Shown here: in pieces, positions 60,051-64,000 of the stretch
Layout: each line of letters begins with the position of its first letter
Numbering within the stretch: position 1 is the first letter of the stretch
Origin: Hormiphora californensis
Taxonomy: Eukaryota; Animalia; Ctenophora
Assembly (NCBI GenBank): GCA_020137815.1
Contig: CM035355.1
Coordinates: forward strand, 3,348,001-3,412,000
DNA: 64,000 bases
Direction: 5' to 3'
Notes under the pieces: generated by a model
Databases searched by the model: none
Told to the model about the DNA's origin: nothing
What the model saw: only the letters and a program-made list of their open reading frames with translations
Position numbers and translations under genes: made by a program

Positions 60051-61300
60051 TCTTTAGCATTACTCTCCCTCAGAGATAATTACCCGAGTTACATAATAAC
60101 CATAATAACATAACTAGCTCAATGAATCCTAGCTTCTTTTTGTTCTTTGTATTTATCGAACTAAATGAAACCTAATTATCATTGTCATTCGTCGCTGCAT
60201 TTTGTCAAGATGGAATGATACTGCTGTTGACATCTCGCCACTGGGTGACATTCACTAATGATTCACTGTCGGTACCGGGCACAATTTACCAGTCAACATC
60301 CGCAGTTGATACTATTGTGATCCACAACTTCATTGTGTGTGTGCTATTTTGCATTACATCTGTAGTAGACAATTACAATAGCATTAGCATGACAGAAACC
60401 AGCAAATAATCGAACTACCAGGAATATTTTGTAGACTAATACCAGATGGAAATTGGAAGTACCAGCAAAAGTGACTGTAGTGTGTGTAAACACCTCTTGT
60501 TCTATCACAAATGCGTCTGGGACTGCCATTGTTCTCTTGTGCCAAAAATCTTTGTTTAAATTGGATCTGCTGTGCAATGTGCATCTAAATTTTCATTGTG
60601 TGTGACGGGGAAAAAATCTCAATATCTCATTTTCAATCGAATATTGACCTTCTTAAGAACTCAGAATACTTACCACGAGCTGAAAGAACGATCGTAGTTC
60701 CGAGCTAGACAGTTATTTAATTGCTGCAGAATTGCAGTAGTGAAGTCGGTAAATGCCATAATTCTTCAAGCTCGTTTTCGGATTGAGATTATAGCGACTG
60801 ATGTTCTACTGGATCGAATATCATTAGTAGTAGAGGAGGGAAAAAGAATTTGCCGACTGATTACGCCATTTGCGTTCTATGGATTGCTACTGGATTGCAT
60901 TCATTTTTAGTAGTGCAACTAGTATACCGTTCAGCTTAGGTCTTTGAGTATTTCTTTTACTAGGACTGATTGTTTTGTACTCAATTGTGGGGAAATTTGA
61001 TCAGCATCTAGGATTATAAAGAAAAAGAAGAGTTTTGTAGAATTGCTCAAAAGCACTAAACTGAAGGATCCTCTAAATACACTTCAGTCAATAATGACAT
61101 GAAAGTTTCATGGGATTTGGATAACCAACGTAGTCGCTATTTAGTCAAATTTGATCTGTCATGACAAAACATTTTTCCCAAGTAGAGGTTTAGTTGCAGC
61201 ATGTTTTAAAGCATCACATGGTGGAGAGATAGAGGGAGGGGGAAAGAGAGATAGAAAGAGAAAGAGATAGAGGGAAAAAGAGATAGAGAGAGATATAGAG

Positions 61301-61359
<59 letters not shown>

Positions 61360-61360
61360 T

Positions 61361-61427
<67 letters not shown>

Positions 61428-61653
61428 GAAAGATAGAGAAAGAGAGAAGGAGAGAGAAAGAGAAAAGTAGTGCGTTTTGTACAATGGCACACACTGTGTC
61501 AAAGACAAGGCCATTACATTATGATGCAAACAGATCTACACCCTCTCAAAGTTTTTGTTATAGCAGTTTAACACAGTGGGAAGCAACACTTTGCCAAAAG
61601 CAGTAGGTACTACAAATGGAAGGAAAATGTGCATCAGATGGCATCAAATAATG

Positions 61654-62803
61654 GGCAGGTCGGTAGAACTTCGACAGAATTTAGGGCAGGTCTGAATTTA
61701 GGGCAGGTCTGAATTTAGGGCAGGTCAATTTAGGGCAGGTCTGAATTTAGGGCAGGTCTGAGTACTAAGCATGTGAATGCGATTCGGGGAAGCTTATTAG
61801 CGGTGTGAGACGATGCGAGATATGGAACATGATTCGGGGAAGCCAATCAGGAGTGTTAGACGATATGAGACACGATTCGGTGAAGGTTTCTATCGCTTTC
61901 CATCCCTAGACCCTATACCCCTCTCTGGAACATGATTCGGGGAAGCCAATCAGGAGTGTTAGACGATAGATATGAGATACGATTCGGGGAAGGTTTCTAT
62001 CGCTTTACATCCCTATAAGCCATTGGTTAGATAGCAACATGGGACAGCCCTACCTTTGTAGACTGTACCCATGGTGTACATGCGGTATTATTATTATTAT
62101 TATCCCCCTCTCTGTTCGCTATGTCTCTCTTTCTTTCTCTTTCTTTCTCTTTCCTTTTCTATGACGGGAGAAAGAGAGACATGGAGAAAGATAGATACCC
62201 TTAACTTTTTACCGAGAGTCGAGATAGAAAGACTGTTGAGCTCCTCCGTGGAAATTGGTTTCGCCGCTTTCCCATCAGGTAGATGTAGGCAGCTCTCGGT
62301 CGGTGGCTAAACATTGTCTTTTCTCTCTCGGTAAAAAGAGCAGCCTACATCTACAATTCCTACGTGCTTTCCTAGCAGTCAAAAAGTTAAGGGTATCTCT
62401 CTTTCTCCCTCAGAGAAAGTAAGAGAAATTGAAAGATAGACAGAGCGAACAGAGAGGGGGATAGGGTCTAGGGATGGAAAGTGATAGAAACCTTCACCGA
62501 ATCGTGTCTCATATCGTCGAACACTCCTGATTGGCTTCCCCGAATCATGTTCCATTATATCTCGTATCGTCTCACACCGCTTATAAGCTTCCCCGAATTA
62601 CATTCACATGCTTAGTACTCAGACCTGCCCTAAATTGACCTGCCCTAAATTGACCTGCCCTAAATTCAGACCTGCCCTAAATTCAGACCTGCCCTAAATT
62701 GACCTGCCCTAAATTCAGACCTGCCCTAAATTGACCTGCCCTAAATTCAGACCTGCCCTAAATTGACCTGCCCTAAATTCTGTCGAAGTTCTACCGACCT
62801 GCC
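61654..62803. mobile_element. Fold-back DNA transposon (Merlin-like: GG termini, 8-bp TSD), non-autonomous
   Basis: TIR GGCAGGTCGGTAGAACTTCGACAGAATTTAGGGCAGGTC and its reverse complement. Exact TSD AAATAATG (61646-61653 and 62804-62811). 15/18-bp subterminal tandem repeats, and inner inverted arms. Confidence 0.88.
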
Positions 62804-62844
62804 AAATAATGTATTGCTTGACTATTCTTGGGTCTCATGATCGA

Positions 62845-62950
62845 TAATAGTTCATGTGTTGATTGGACAAGTTAGACTCGCTGGATATTATTGGTTTCTT
62901 CCAATAATATCCAGCGAGTCTAACTTGTCCAATCAACACATGAACTATTA
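62845..62950. repeat. Perfect ~50-bp-stem hairpin with 6-nt loop (MITE/Crypton-like remnant)
   Basis: TAATAGTTCATGTGTTGATTGGACAAGTTAGACTCGCTGGATATTATTGG-TTTCTT-CCAATAATATCCAGCGAGTCTAACTTGTCCAATCAACACATGAACTATTA. Confidence 0.85.
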
Positions 62951-64000
62951 GATGGCATCAAATACACTCGTAATTCCTATCCCTTTGGTTGTGATAGCTA
63001 ATTTTGATCTGTCTGGCGGCGCTCAGATGGGGTCCGCGGCGCCAGACTGATTTTGGTCTTTATAAGCTATGGCTGAACAATTAATGCAATGTACTAGAAT
63101 TGTCACTGAACGTCTAGATAATTTGGCTTCCTAAATTTTAATTGTCAAATACGATTAAATTTTGGGATGTCATGCTTTACGAAGTTGTAGAGCCTAAATT
63201 CTGAAGCCTATTTTTCTTAAGCTTTGTTTCCGAATTTAAATCTTTCACCAGACTTAGAACGCTGCGTAGCTCTTTCAACTGAACATGGAAGATTAAGATT
63301 ATTATAAACCTTCGTATGCACTATGCACTGTGTCATGTAGTAGAATAATTATATTAACAATAGTGATAGGTAATTATGTTATTACATAGAACTATAAGTA
63401 TGTATTAGAGGATATCTTTCCCTCATATCATGTTGAGTTCAATATATTGAACTACTACCTGCTACTACTCCACCAACTTTATTCCTGACTATCTATATCT
63501 CTGGTAAATTAGACATTCCCTCATATTATATACGTACTGCTATTACATATATTATAACACAATAATAATATATGGGCTGGCCTCGTCTCACAAAAGACCG
63601 CCCTCTCCGAACCGTGCATTAAAGTCATGCGGTATGACAAGATGATAGGCACAATTACAGTCAACTACCTGAGCTCCATTGTTCCCTACTCGTTATAACT
63701 ACAGGGCTGCGAGGAGAAGCGGGAGAGGGAGTCCTATTATAATAGTTGAATATTCGGCCATGTCTCAAAATAAAAATGGGTTTGAACAAAACAAGTTGAA
63801 TATGAGCCTGGAGGTATTGTTGCATAACGGGCTCCTAGTGTAGTCACATCCAGTTCCACATGCTATATCTCATGTCTGTGTTATTTGTCAACACTAAACA
63901 TGTGTATTTGATTTGATTACCTCGTTTTCCAGGAATATTCCATAGAGAGACAGGTATTCAAACATGATTCAGTTTCGAATACATACGAAATGCCAAAACT

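Noticed and set aside
60182-60590. Hydrophobic broken ORFs (possible pseudogene), and likewise 57565-57774
   Set aside because: Stops in all frames and no recognisable family motif.
61678-61760. TTTAGGG telomere-like repeats
   Set aside because: The heptamer is part of a 15-18-bp transposon subterminal unit, not a pure telomeric array.

Overview
Eukaryotic, intron-containing animal DNA, most consistent with a cydippid ctenophore (Pleurobrachia/Hormiphora-like). This taxonomic call is an inference from a spliced-leader-like sequence and from remembered MITE families, not from a search. By manual splicing I reconstruct 13 host protein-coding genes. They are: a secreted/surface Ig-domain protein, a four-BAH-domain chromatin reader, a 94-aa single-TM protein, ATG4, TTC26/IFT56, ERICH2, a secreted thioredoxin-fold protein, a class A GPCR, a 6-Ig adhesion molecule, a calmodulin-like protein, a sushi/CCP membrane protein, a claudin/PMP22-like tetraspan and a small secreted orphan. 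Between and inside them lies a dense set of non-autonomous DNA transposons (hAT, Tc1/mariner/pogo, PIF/Harbinger, Merlin-like, Helitron/Helentron) and microsatellites. The most notable signal is an intact, ORF1-only CR1/L2-type retroelement whose 5' UTR carries a genomically encoded copy of what looks like the ctenophore trans-spliced leader (6143-6178). Second, two clusters of co-directional genes have only ~180-235 bp between stop and start, with orphan splice acceptors just before the ATG. These look like operons resolved by SL trans-splicing, and one pairs ERICH2 with the ciliary IFT gene TTC26. Third, a protein is built from four tandem BAH modules that share one intron position. Exon boundaries are hand-derived and need RNA confirmation. 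The first ~1.2 kb looks error-prone.
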